From Deltaproteobacteria bacterium (GTDB lineage: Bacteria; Bdellovibrionota_C; UBA2361; OMII01), in the NCBI GenBank assembly GCA_947488865.1, contig CANLCB010000002.1, positions 1 to 61,614 on the forward strand: a DNA stretch of 61,614 nt, read 5' to 3'. A model generated the notes under the pieces. That model did not search any database and had not been told where the DNA came from. It saw only the letters and a list, made by a program, of their open reading frames with translations. Positions 1 through 9,906 of the stretch are shown piece after piece. Position 1 is the first letter of the stretch; each line of letters opens with the position of its first letter. A program made the position numbers and the translations under genes.

Positions 1-285
1 CATGAACCGTGGAAGATAACACCGCTCGATCAACGGCAATTTGGGATAGAGCTCGGTGTAACGTATCCGCACCGAATAGTGGATCACCTAAGGGCTGTCA
101 AAAAAGCCAAAGAGGTGATGGCGATATATCGGAAGAAGCCCGAGACCCGCGATGAGGCTAGCGCTGTACTGGTAAAGCACGGGAGTCGATCGTCAAGAAC
201 AGGACGCTCGCGCCGTTCATTTCACAGGACAAAGGCGCGGCAATCAACAATCCAGCCTAAGGAAGCCCACGAAAGAAGCGTCTAG
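1..285 (+). CDS. photolyase/cryptochrome family protein, C-terminal fragment (5' end outside window)
   Basis: Frame 1 is open from base 1 to the TAG at 283-285. The translation HEPWKITPLDQRQFGIELGVTYPHRIVDHLRAVKKAKEV resembles the conserved photolyase C-terminus (E. coli PhrB ...HEPWKW...TLDYPQPIVEHKEAR). Confidence 0.7.
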   Translation, partial: HEPWKITPLDQRQFGIELGVTYPHRIVDHLRAVKKAKEVMAIYRKKPETRDEASAVLVKHGSRSSRTGRSRRSFHRTKARQSTIQPKEAHERSV

Positions 286-305
286 TTCCGGTGGATTGCT
301 GAGTG

Positions 306-1817
306 CTAGGACGTCGCGATCTGCTCAAACACCTTTGGCAGCGGATTCAGCTTAACTCCCGAGGCGAAACTCTCGTTGTTAAACACGTTTGATATCCGCG
401 CGTGGAACTCTGGTAGGGCAGGGGCGATGGCCTCTTTGATCTGGTAGATCGCGTAGAGCAGAATAAAGATCGCCTCTTCGCCTTTCTGTTGCTCTCCAGT
501 CTTAAAGAGAGCCCATGGCTTCGATTCTTGCACGAGCTCATTTGCCTTGGAGGCATAGGTAAGAACCACTTCGAGAGCCTGATTAAGTCTGAAATCCTCT
601 ATGAACGGCTTCATCTCCTCTTCGAGATTAACCTCAAGAAGGGGGTGGGAGACTTTGACGCTTGGCACGGTTGAAGCGCAGCTCTTATGCGCCAACGTGA
701 AGGTGCGCTGACAAAGGTTGCCGATGTTGTTGATCAGCTCTCCGGTGATACGGCTCGCGAAGTTTTCGTTAGTGAAGTTCGCGTCGCTTCCGAAAGAAGG
801 CTCTCTAAGGAGGAAGTATCGCACGTAGTCGAGCCCGTACTTCTCGGTAAGCTCTACGGGGTCGACTGTGTTGCCGAGAGATTTGGACATCTTTTCGCCG
901 TTTGAGAGCCACCATCCGTGTGACACAATCTGCATATGTCCGCAGGCTTTGTTGAAAGCTTGCACCGAAAGTGTGTCGGGTGTGCACTCAAGAGCCGCGA
1001 GGAAGGTTGGCCAGTACACGGCGTGGAAACGGATGATGTCTTTTCCAACGAGGTGCATCACCTTGGCGTCGGTCCAGAAGTGCTTAAACTTTTCAGGAGT
1101 GTCGAGCGCTGATTGATAATTGAAAAGAGCGTCGAGCCACACATACATGACGTGGTTGGTGTCGGGGATCGGAATGCCCCACGAGAATGTGCATCGAGAA
1201 ACGGAGAGATCCCGAAGACCACCTTTAACGAAAGACTTTAGCTCGTTGAAGCGTCCATGAGGGAACACAAAGCCAGGATACTGTTCGTACCACTCAAGGA
1301 GTGTGTCGGTGAAAGCTGAAAGCTTAAAGAAGTAAGTCTCCTCTTCCTTCCACTCCACGGGCGAACCACTAGGGGCTTTCCCATCGACAATCTCGGATTC
1401 ATCGTAGAAAGCCTCATCTCGGACTGAGTACCATCCGTTGTAGGTTCCTTTGTAGATCCATTCGTTTTGAACCAAGCGCTCCCACATCTTTACGACGTAG
1501 TCTTTGTGACGCTTCTCTGTAGTGCGGATAAAATCATCGAACTGGATGTTGAGCCGTTCGCCGAGAGCACGGAAGAGAGCAGAGTTTCGATCGCAGAGTT
1601 CAATGGGACTGATTCCTTCCTTCTCCGCTGTTTGCGCAATTTTTTGCCCATGCTCATCAGTGCCCGAAAGATAGTAGGTCTTTCGGCCCTGTTGACGGTA
1701 GAAGCGAGTCAAGAAGTCACCGACAATAGATGTATAGGCGTGCCCAATATGGGGGCTGCCGTTGACGTAATAGATCGGTGTGGTGAGAAAGATATTTCGA
1801 TTGTCTTGGGAGTTCAC
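306..1817 (-). CDS. metG: methionyl-tRNA synthetase (short form, no C-terminal tRNA-binding domain)
   Basis: 503 aa. Class I HIGH motif (NGSPHIGHAYT) and KMSKS motif (KMSKSLGN). GTG start. Confidence 0.95.
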   Translation of the reverse strand: MNSQDNRNIFLTTPIYYVNGSPHIGHAYTSIVGDFLTRFYRQQGRKTYYLSGTDEHGQKIAQTAEKEGISPIELCDRNSALFRALGERLNIQFDDFIRTTEKRHKDYVVKMWERLVQNEWIYKGTYNGWYSVRDEAFYDESEIVDGKAPSGSPVEWKEEETYFFKLSAFTDTLLEWYEQYPGFVFPHGRFNELKSFVKGGLRDLSVSRCTFSWGIPIPDTNHVMYVWLDALFNYQSALDTPEKFKHFWTDAKVMHLVGKDIIRFHAVYWPTFLAALECTPDTLSVQAFNKACGHMQIVSHGWWLSNGEKMSKSLGNTVDPVELTEKYGLDYVRYFLLREPSFGSDANFTNENFASRITGELINNIGNLCQRTFTLAHKSCASTVPSVKVSHPLLEVNLEEEMKPFIEDFRLNQALEVVLTYASKANELVQESKPWALFKTGEQQKGEEAIFILLYAIYQIKEAIAPALPEFHARISNVFNNESFASGVKLNPLPKVFEQIATS

Positions 1818-2297
1818 GACTCAGTTTCCTCTGTAAGCCTTTGAGGCCGCCTTGCTGCTGACCTCGGAAGTGTATCCGCTTGTAATATAAAGGTAAATAT
1901 CGAGAATTGTGGGCGAAATCCGCTGTTTCTATACGTTGTAAAAGGCAAGCTGAGTGGGGATGACAGCCCCCATGCCCGTACACAGGAGATGTCGCTAGGA
2001 TTTCTACGCGTTGAAAGTGGGGAGTTATGGTTAAAGTACATCTTGGACAGTGTGGCGTTTGTGCGCACTTTGGAGAGCATCATCAAGAAACAGAGGTGCT
2101 TCATCGTATCCGTACGACTCAGGAGGCGCCTGAGTTGATTGTTGAGGAGTGTGGGCATCCTTCCAATGAAAAATTGCACCTGCGAGTCACGGCCGTTAGT
2201 GGGTGCGATGGATTCGAGTCGGCCGTCTCTGTTCAACGGCAGGGAGATATACGCCCTTAAGGCGTTCGAACCTTATGGTATCTTGTCCCCTCTCGAA

Positions 2298-4007
2298 TTA
2301 TCGCGAGATAAACTCTTTGATGGGCTTTCCGTACAATACGAGAGGGATAGCTGACTGCACGTGATGTGCTCCAGCTGCGGCACGGGCCCCATCAGAGAGA
2401 AGCTTGATGCTGTCTTCGATCGGGCGTCGCATGAGATCGTCTACTGAGTGTGCTCGAGCGAAGCGAACCATCTTCGTGATACCAGCGAGTATTCCGCTGT
2501 ATATAGCGCTCGTTGTTGGATACTCCTCATTCATTTGGACGAAGCTAGTAATTCCCTCGATATTGTAAGGATCCCCAACCATGGTGGTGTTGCCACCTAG
2601 GATCTTAACCACGCCCGAAGCTTCTCCGGCATATGGCTTTTCGTAGTGACCGTTTCGTTTGATCCAATTCAGAGTGGGGGAATGCTCAAGAGTTCCCCCA
2701 ATAACTCGTCGAGATGCCATGTTGGCAGACGCTCCCATAGCGAAAATCACCCCAGCAGCGCGACCGACGCCACCATCGCAAATGATGGGAGTTCCCAATC
2801 CGGCTTTGCACAGTTGATACGCGACGAGAATGTTATTGGGAGCGAGGCTTCCCACTACCGGTGTAGTACAAATTCCCCCTTCGCCGATACCGACGATCAA
2901 CCCATCAGCTCCACGGGCCGCAAGGTCACGCGCCTGCTCGACGCCCGTTACCTGGCCGGCCAAGATTGTTATGTCGCTTGGCATGTTCTTCTTGAGGATG
3001 GAGACTGCTTGGGCGAGCTGATTGGTTGATCCTGCGTCGTAAAGACGGAAGGTTCGAATGCCCTCCGCGTACAGAGCGGACGCCTCTTTGAGTACAGTTT
3101 GTGGATTTTGTTTGACCGTAGCCACCAGGAAGCTTGTTCTTGATTTGAGCTCTTCTTGGAGGGTCTTGCCGTTGCTCAACATGTGAGAGGCGTGTTTGTG
3201 ATATTTAACAATCACGTGTTCCTCGATCGCTTTCCTCGTGCTTCGAACGAGTGAAAGCCGACTCTCCAGAGAGACGAGGTGCCCGTCGGTTGGGACGCAC
3301 GCGAATGTGCCGACGAGAGCTAGGGTCGCGAGAGCTTCCGCTGAATTAGTCGACGGCATTGAGTTTGATGTCGTTGGGAATCCAACGTGGTTTCGAGAAA
3401 TCCACGAAAAGCATCCCTGCGCGAGGATTCGAGAGCTGCTCTCTTGGACCCCATCCTGGGGCTTAGGTTGCCGCGGTTGAAGCCCGAAATCCTCATAGGT
3501 GCAGGCTCTATCATCTTGAATGAGCTTTTCGAAGAGCGGAATGGTTTTGCCTGGAAGCGGGGAGTATCCAGCGTCCTGCATCAGTATGCGCGCTTGCAAA
3601 ATCGCTGGGTGAGTAAGCGCTTGTAAATAGAAGAATCCTTTACGTCGCATCTCGATCTCTAGAACTTTTGGAAGCGTGACAACTTGGTCTGCCTTTATGT
3701 TCATGAGCTCCAGTTGCTTCTCCGGAAGGATAGCGCCGGTCTCTACGAGCTTTTGCTTGAGTTGAGGTGAGTTCTTAGCGGCCTGATGCGCAGATTCGTT
3801 TTCCTCTATTTGCTTGAGCACAATCGCGCCGACGTTTAGCCACGCCCCCGGCGTTGGGCTGTCTTTCATTTCTCGGCTGAATGACTTGAGCAGGAGGTCG
3901 TAACCGTTGCTTTCTAGAAGCCCTGGACGAGGGGGAGTTATAAGTGGAGTTGTTTCGGCGCTAGGGGTGGAGGGGTTGGTTTGTTGGATTGCGGGATCTT
4001 TCTGCAC
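2298..4007 (-). CDS. IMP dehydrogenase/GMP reductase-family TIM-barrel protein with a long unique N-terminal extension and no CBS pair
   Basis: 569 aa. Catalytic-loop-like LIVGIGEGGICTT and ICDGGVGRAAGVIFAMGASANM resemble the IMPDH/GMPR active-site and phosphate-binding segments. The first ~165 aa have no recognisable motif. Confidence 0.7.
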   Translation of the reverse strand: MQKDPAIQQTNPSTPSAETTPLITPPRPGLLESNGYDLLLKSFSREMKDSPTPGAWLNVGAIVLKQIEENESAHQAAKNSPQLKQKLVETGAILPEKQLELMNIKADQVVTLPKVLEIEMRRKGFFYLQALTHPAILQARILMQDAGYSPLPGKTIPLFEKLIQDDRACTYEDFGLQPRQPKPQDGVQESSSRILAQGCFSWISRNHVGFPTTSNSMPSTNSAEALATLALVGTFACVPTDGHLVSLESRLSLVRSTRKAIEEHVIVKYHKHASHMLSNGKTLQEELKSRTSFLVATVKQNPQTVLKEASALYAEGIRTFRLYDAGSTNQLAQAVSILKKNMPSDITILAGQVTGVEQARDLAARGADGLIVGIGEGGICTTPVVGSLAPNNILVAYQLCKAGLGTPIICDGGVGRAAGVIFAMGASANMASRRVIGGTLEHSPTLNWIKRNGHYEKPYAGEASGVVKILGGNTTMVGDPYNIEGITSFVQMNEEYPTTSAIYSGILAGITKMVRFARAHSVDDLMRRPIEDSIKLLSDGARAAAGAHHVQSAIPLVLYGKPIKEFISR

Positions 4008-4274
4008 TGCCGTACCTCGTGAAAATCACTTACGGCATAGAACACCAATTTAATACCCTAATCAACGGCTGGGCTCGTGTTGATTTTGCTCTGAAATACC
4101 TGGGATTTAGTGAAAAATCTGATGGGATCTAAAAGCCCCCGGAACCTTCTAAAACCACTACTGGTATGGTTGGTAAGATTCTCGAAAAGGGAGGCGCATT
4201 GCTCCAGTCGCACGCTCGTGTAGCAGGATGGTCGTGATATAGTTGCCTCACCTTATTTTTTTGAACGCACCGCT

Positions 4275-5003
4275 ATGAACCAATCCGTATCGAAACCTCC
4301 CAGCGCTTCCCAGGCTGTCTCTCCAACTACTCAATCCTACGTCCCCGTTTCAGTCGGAGAGATCGCTACAACGAATAAGGGGAAGCTCGCGGAGTTCTCT
4401 CGTCTTCTCGGGTATCCCGTTGCCGGCAAAAAGCTTCCGATTCCAGAGCCTCAACCGGAAGATCGTCACTATGCAGCCATGGACGCTGGGCAGTACGTCG
4501 AAGTGGCGGAAGATATCGCGCGAGGGAAGGCCCGCGAGGCGTACATACTCAACGGCAACAAGCCTGTCCTAGTGGAGGATACCTCTCTGTTTCTTGATTG
4601 TATGGAGGGAGATCCAGGTCCATTAATCAAACGAGCGTGTCGTCCGAACGGGTTGCTTCGTTTGTGTAGAGAGGCGCATGAGCCGATTAACGGAGGAACG
4701 CCGAATCTTCGTGCCGTAGCGGTTGTGGTGTTGGCCGCATGGAATGGCGTCGATGAAAAGCCGCAAACATGGGTCGGTCAGATCGAGGGCACTATCGCTC
4801 GAAGTCCAAGAGGGACGAACGGATTCGGATGGGATTCTATCTTCATCCCGAACGAGCAGCCCAAAGTTGCAGGATTGTCTGTTCAAGAGCCTCGAACATT
4901 CGCTGAGATGACGAACGAAGAGAAGGATTCTTTGTCGATGCGAAAGCTCGCTGTTGAAGAGCTCATCAAGAAACCTTTGATGGTGCCGAATCTTTCGGTG
5001 TAG
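4275..5003 (+). CDS. non-canonical purine NTP pyrophosphatase (Ham1/RdgB ITPase family)
   Basis: 242 aa. TTNKGKLAEF near the N-terminus, VEDTSL, and GFGWDSIFIP motifs are typical of the Ham1/ITPA family. It has a ~30-aa N-terminal extension. Confidence 0.8.
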   Translation: MNQSVSKPPSASQAVSPTTQSYVPVSVGEIATTNKGKLAEFSRLLGYPVAGKKLPIPEPQPEDRHYAAMDAGQYVEVAEDIARGKAREAYILNGNKPVLVEDTSLFLDCMEGDPGPLIKRACRPNGLLRLCREAHEPINGGTPNLRAVAVVVLAAWNGVDEKPQTWVGQIEGTIARSPRGTNGFGWDSIFIPNEQPKVAGLSVQEPRTFAEMTNEEKDSLSMRKLAVEELIKKPLMVPNLSV

Positions 5004-5021
5004 TTCGCGTTTGTTCAGCGG

Positions 5022-6140
5022 CTATCTGAAAAAATTATTTTGAAAATCCCGAATCATCCGCATAACCGGGCTGTCGTGCATTCCGACGGACGCGAGAAGA
5101 TTGGCAGCCTTCTGTGGAAGGAGCATTGATTCAAGGGTGGCGTTCGTCGAGATCGTGTCGGTGTCGTCTGCGATGAAGCGAGCAGCGCAGTCTGGATCGA
5201 TATCACAGCACTGAGCCACGCGAAGAAGTACGAGCGCGACAAACGGACGATCTGCCGCACGCTTTGGTATGTGTTGCCTACGTTCTTCCCATCGCACGCC
5301 GTGAAGCGTTTTGAGGAATAGAGGCAAGCTAACTATCTTTTGTTCGTCGTCGTTGAGATTAAAGAGTCGCTCCGCTCGTTGTAGCAACGTTGCTGTAGCG
5401 GGGGTGGGGGCTTGTGGTTCAATGAGCCATGCTCGAATTCTCTCTAGCGTAGACTCCGCTCGGCACACTCTTCTCTCGATGACCTCAAGGTGAAGCCTGC
5501 TTTCGATGTATGAGAAGAGTTGTAGCGCTTTTTCTCGATTTCCGCGCTCTGCAATGAAAGGAAGTAGCGCGAGTGCCGCCCGTAGAGTTTTCACGTCGTC
5601 AAGGCCGTACACTCGTTTCGTGAGTCGAAACGCTGTGGTGCCTGCTGCCAAGCATCCGTTTAGCCTGCGCTTCGGATTGTCGTCTAGCTCGGCGGCCTCC
5701 ATGACTTCGTTGGCCATTTGAATTGCTTGTTCTGGACAATTCTTTCGTAGGGCTAGTTGAGTTGAGTATCGTACGAGTCCCGCGAACGCCTTTGCTGAGT
5801 CCGTATCCCATGGAAGTAGGGTGGCGAGTTCTTGGATGGCGACAGCCCACCTTTCGATTTGCGCCTTTGTTCGTAGCTCGTATGCTGATTGCCGTTGATG
5901 GGTAGGTCGGCGCTCGTCGTGTACCTGTAAGCCAAGATGCATCGCAAGGTGATTGCACACCTGTGTGGCCGCCACGCTCGGGATTGGGCGAGGTAGGAAC
6001 GGGCTTGTTGAGGACGGTCCATCGGCGAGAATTTGTTTAAAGTGCGCGCAAAGAATGTCGGCTATGAGCGAAGCGCGGTACTGGGGCGCTGGCAAATTAA
6101 ACTTGGAGGGATCGAATCGAGGGTTTTGAAAGTTGCTCAC
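5022..6140 (-). CDS. hypothetical protein (predicted all-alpha, no recognised domain)
   Basis: 372-aa ORF with a GTG start and no competing ORF. The N-terminus MSNFQNPRF resembles that of the ORF at 37373. Confidence 0.6.
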   Translation of the reverse strand: MSNFQNPRFDPSKFNLPAPQYRASLIADILCAHFKQILADGPSSTSPFLPRPIPSVAATQVCNHLAMHLGLQVHDERRPTHQRQSAYELRTKAQIERWAVAIQELATLLPWDTDSAKAFAGLVRYSTQLALRKNCPEQAIQMANEVMEAAELDDNPKRRLNGCLAAGTTAFRLTKRVYGLDDVKTLRAALALLPFIAERGNREKALQLFSYIESRLHLEVIERRVCRAESTLERIRAWLIEPQAPTPATATLLQRAERLFNLNDDEQKIVSLPLFLKTLHGVRWEERRQHIPKRAADRPFVALVLLRVAQCCDIDPDCAARFIADDTDTISTNATLESMLLPQKAANLLASVGMHDSPVMRMIRDFQNNFFR

Positions 6141-6878
6141 AACTGCCTATTGAGAAACGATATCTCGCGGAGGCTATCGTAGGGGATTGTTCAAGGGAAG
6201 CTTTTGGTGCGCTTCGGGGGCGCGGGCGGGCTCTCCCATGGTGGCGCGCAGAAATCCCACGTATTTCGGGCGTTTTTATATCCAGGGGGCTTTGTTGACT
6301 CACTGCTGAGCCCATGATACTTACCCCCAGCAACGAGTTTTTGCAGTGTTGTCGCGGATATCGCCCTTTTTGAGGGGAGTTAATGATCCTCGATGACTAA
6401 TCGCACGCCATAAAATCAAATGATTTAAGGGTGTTGCGGGGGATGCAATGCCGGTTCCCGGTGGTACCATCTACGCAGAAGAGTTGTCAGAAAGGTAAAA
6501 ACCTCCAGAGCCGATTAGTTCGGACACACAGTTCCCCGGCAGGGGAATTCTCTCAGGTCCATCCATTCTGTCCGGGAAGTAAGCCAAGAAAGCCAATAGA
6601 GGCGTGTTCGCTTCAGCTCGTTAGAGAGCGAGGTAGAGCTGTAATTAAAGAGTCAAGGCCGAATTTTGGTCGGCCCCTTTGAATTACGCGCTGAATATGG
6701 TAATCACGGCGCCTCGCTGTGGGCGTGGTCCATGTACGGAAGGACGCCATGGCGAGAGGTGCGCGAAGGCCGACCTGATAAGTACCGAAGTTTTCGGGGT
6801 TATTTGGAAGGGACGAGCACTTAAAGGTCCCCAAGGTTAACTTGGGTAAATCGATTCGAGTAAGAGGCTAGGCTAGAA

Positions 6879-7250
6879 ATGCCAACGATAAATCAGTTAG
6901 TACGAAATCGACGTCGCCAGAAAGTTACTAAGAGCAAGTCTCCTGCGCTTGTTCGATGCCCGCAGAAGCGCGGAGTGTGCACAAGAGTTTATACACAGAC
7001 TCCTAAGAAGCCGAACTCAGCTCTCCGTAAGGTAGCGCGTGTTCGTCTCACGACTGGAATGGAAGTAACAAGCTACATTCCTGGCGTAGGACACAACCTT
7101 CAGGAGCACTCAGTAGTTTTGATTCGTGGTGGCCGTGTGAAAGATCTCCCAGGAGTTCGTTACCACATCATCCGAGGAAAATTAGAGGCTCACGGCGTAG
7201 CGGATCGTAAGCAGAGCCGCTCCAAGTACGGTGCTAAGAGACCTAAGTAA
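6879..7250 (+). CDS. rpsL: 30S ribosomal protein S12
   Basis: [10 protein letters not shown]...[10 protein letters not shown]...[13 protein letters not shown] is the canonical S12 sequence. Confidence 0.98.
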   Translation: MPTINQLVRNRRRQKVTKSKSPALVRCPQKRGVCTRVYTQTPKKPNSALRKVARVRLTTGMEVTSYIPGVGHNLQEHSVVLIRGGRVKDLPGVRYHIIRGKLEAHGVADRKQSRSKYGAKRPK

Positions 7251-7269
7251 GTTTTAAGAAGAGGGTGCT

Positions 7270-7740
7270 ATGTCACGAAAGAAGCGCGATTTTAAGCGAA
7301 TTGTTGTTGCAGACCCACGATACGGTGATGTCGTTGTTGGTAAGGCAATCAACGTAATCATGGACAGCGGTAAGAAGGGTGTTGCTGAGCGAGCTCTTTA
7401 TGGCGCTCTCGACGTTATCGCTAAGAAGACAGGGGCTGACGCTGTAGAGACCTTCCACAAGGCTCTGAACAACATCAAGCCAGTTGTTGAAGTCCGTTCT
7501 CGTCGTGTGGGTGGTGCTAACTACCAGGTGCCAACCGAGGTTCGCGCTGAGCGTGGACAGTCCCTTGCGCTTCGTTGGCTCAAGGAAGCTGCTAACGGAC
7601 GTTCTGAGCGAAGTCTTTCAGATCGTCTCGCTAACGAGCTTCTTGACGCTGTGAACGGCCGTGGCGCTGCGGTTAAGAAGAGAGAAGATACTCACCGTAT
7701 GGCTGATGCTAATAAGGCATTCGCTCACTTTAGGTGGTAA
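7270..7740 (+). CDS. rpsG: 30S ribosomal protein S7
   Basis: 156 aa, [11 protein letters not shown] motif, immediately downstream of rpsL. Confidence 0.98.
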   Translation: MSRKKRDFKRIVVADPRYGDVVVGKAINVIMDSGKKGVAERALYGALDVIAKKTGADAVETFHKALNNIKPVVEVRSRRVGGANYQVPTEVRAERGQSLALRWLKEAANGRSERSLSDRLANELLDAVNGRGAAVKKREDTHRMADANKAFAHFRW

Positions 7741-7772
7741 TCGACGTCAGGTTGGACTAGGAGAATTTTACA

Positions 7773-9866
7773 GTGGCTAAGAGAGATTTAAATAAGGTTC
7801 GTAACATCGGCATCATGGCCCACATCGATGCTGGTAAGACAACGACCACCGAGCGTATCCTTTATTACACCGGAATCACCTACAAGATTGGAGAGGTGCA
7901 TGAGGGTGCTGCCACCATGGACTACATGGAGCTTGAGCAGGAGCGTGGAATCACCATTACTTCAGCCGCTACAACATGTAAGTGGAGCGGATCGAACGGA
8001 GATCTTCCTGAGCATCAGGTAAACGTAATTGACACTCCTGGTCACGTAGATTTCACGATCGAAGTAGAGCGTTCTCTCCGAGTACTTGACGGTGCAGTAG
8101 CTGTTTTCGACGCGGTAAGCGGAGTAGAGCCTCAGTCCGAGACTGTATGGCGTCAAGCTAACAAGTTCAGCGTTCCTCGTTTCTGCTTCATCAACAAGAT
8201 GGACCGAATGGGCGCAAGCTTTGAGAAGTGCGTAGCTTCTATCCGAGAGCGTCTTGGCGCTAAGGCTCTTCCAATTCAGCTGCCAATCGGAGCTGAGAGT
8301 GAGTTCTTGGGCGTTGTAGATCTCGTTGAAATGAAGGCGATTCTTTACAAGGATGAGACCAAGGGCGCTAAGTTCGAGGTTACTGAGATTCCAGCCGAGC
8401 TGAAGGCCGAAGCTGTTAAGGCTCGTGAGTACCTTCTTGAGTGCATCTGTGAAGTAGATGACAAGCTCATGGAGAAGTATCTTGGTGGAGAAGAGCTTTC
8501 GCTTGCGGAAGTGAAGGCTGGGATCCGTAAGGGAACTCTCAAGATGGAGCATTTCCCTGTATTGTGCGGAAGCGCTTTCAAGAACAAAGGTGTTCAACCA
8601 CTCCTTGACGCTGTTATCGACTACCTCCCTAGCCCGCTTGATATTCCAGCAGTTAAGGGAACAGATCCAAATAGCAAGGAGCCAGTTGAGGTGGTGCGAG
8701 AGCCTGACGCCGACGCTCCTATGTCTGCTCTTGCATTTAAGATTGTAACAGATCCATACGTGGGCGTTCTTACATTCTTCCGCGTTTATTCGGGAACGGT
8801 ATCTGCGGGCTCCGCGGTTCTTAACTCAACTCGTGACAAGAAAGAGCGTATCGGACGTGTAGTTCGTATGCACGCCGATAAGCGCGAGGACGTGTCGGAA
8901 GTAACGGCTGGTGACATTGGTGCCGCTGTAGGTCTTAAAGAGACGATCACCGGTGATACGTTGTGCGACATGGACAATCCAATCGTGCTAGAGAGTATCC
9001 ACTCCCCAGCGCCTGTTATCAGTATCGCAATCGAGCCAAAGACCAAGGCTGATGAGCAGAAGATGGGACTGTCCCTCATGAAGCTCGCGAAAGAAGATCC
9101 ATCTCTTCGTGTGAGCGTTGATAAAGAGTCTGGGCAGACCCTCATCTCAGGAATGGGAGAGCTTCATCTCGATATCATTAAGCAGCGGCTTTTCAGAGAG
9201 TTCGGCGTAGATACGACCGTAGGTAAGCCACAGGTAGCGTACCGCGAGACTATCCTTAACAAAGCGGAGTCTGAAGTTAAGTACGCTAAGCAGACTGGTG
9301 GCCGTGGGCAGTTCGGACACGTATTGCTCCGAGTGGAGCCGCTAGAGCCAGGATCAGGATTTGAATTTGTTGATGAGATTAAGGGAGGTATCATCCCGAA
9401 AGAGTTTATCCCGGCAGTCGAAGATGGCGTTGAAGGCGCCCTCGAGGGCGGAATCCTTGCTGGATTCCCTGTAATCGACATCCGAGTAACGCTCTACTAC
9501 GGAAGCTTCCACGAAGTTGACTCAAGCGAAATCGCGTTCAAGATTGCAGGCTCCATGTGTGTGAAGGAAGCTTGTCATAAGGCGAAGATTCAGTTGCTTG
9601 AGCCAGTTATGTCGGTGGAAGTGGTATGCCCCGACGATTTCGTCAGCAATATCGTAGGTGACCTTAACCGACGACGGGCACGTATTCTTGGCATGGAGCC
9701 AAGAGCAGGTGCTCAGACGGTGAAGTGTGAGGTACCGCTGGCCGAGATGTTCGGCTACTCAACGGACCTTCGCTCGAACTCTCAAGGCCGAGCCACCTTC
9801 ACTATGGAGTACCATCACTACGCAGCCGTGCCTACACACGTCGCGGAGAGCGTAGCGAAGAAGTAA
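7773..9866 (+). CDS. fusA: elongation factor G
   Basis: 697 aa. G1 [25 protein letters not shown] start. In str operon context. Confidence 0.98.
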   Translation: MAKRDLNKVRNIGIMAHIDAGKTTTTERILYYTGITYKIGEVHEGAATMDYMELEQERGITITSAATTCKWSGSNGDLPEHQVNVIDTPGHVDFTIEVERSLRVLDGAVAVFDAVSGVEPQSETVWRQANKFSVPRFCFINKMDRMGASFEKCVASIRERLGAKALPIQLPIGAESEFLGVVDLVEMKAILYKDETKGAKFEVTEIPAELKAEAVKAREYLLECICEVDDKLMEKYLGGEELSLAEVKAGIRKGTLKMEHFPVLCGSAFKNKGVQPLLDAVIDYLPSPLDIPAVKGTDPNSKEPVEVVREPDADAPMSALAFKIVTDPYVGVLTFFRVYSGTVSAGSAVLNSTRDKKERIGRVVRMHADKREDVSEVTAGDIGAAVGLKETITGDTLCDMDNPIVLESIHSPAPVISIAIEPKTKADEQKMGLSLMKLAKEDPSLRVSVDKESGQTLISGMGELHLDIIKQRLFREFGVDTTVGKPQVAYRETILNKAESEVKYAKQTGGRGQFGHVLLRVEPLEPGSGFEFVDEIKGGIIPKEFIPAVEDGVEGALEGGILAGFPVIDIRVTLYYGSFHEVDSSEIAFKIAGSMCVKEACHKAKIQLLEPVMSVEVVCPDDFVSNIVGDLNRRRARILGMEPRAGAQTVKCEVPLAEMFGYSTDLRSNSQGRATFTMEYHHYAAVPTHVAESVAKK

Positions 9867-9906
9867 TTTTTAATTGGTGTCTTGTTTAACTTAACCGGAG
9901 AAAAAA

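Noticed and set aside
79-285. Stand-alone 68-aa ORF from the ORF track
   Set aside because: The frame is open back to base 1 and the upstream residues complete a photolyase C-terminal motif (HEPWK...YPxxIVDH). It is the 3' end of a larger gene, not an independent small gene.
2255-2280. tRNA-like T-arm string TAAGGCGTTCGAACCTTA
   Set aside because: No complementary 7-bp acceptor stem or anticodon arm could be built on either strand.
6421-6840. RNase P RNA, tmRNA, SRP RNA or 6S RNA in the rpsL upstream region
   Set aside because: I could not find the universal motifs on either strand: GGAAAGTCCGG and ACAGAANCCGGCTTA for RNase P, or a tRNA-like GGTTCGA T-arm with an ACCA end for tmRNA. Only a weak partial match to the SRP GGAAGCAGCC core was present. 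The region is kept as an unexplained item in the findings, not called as an RNA gene.
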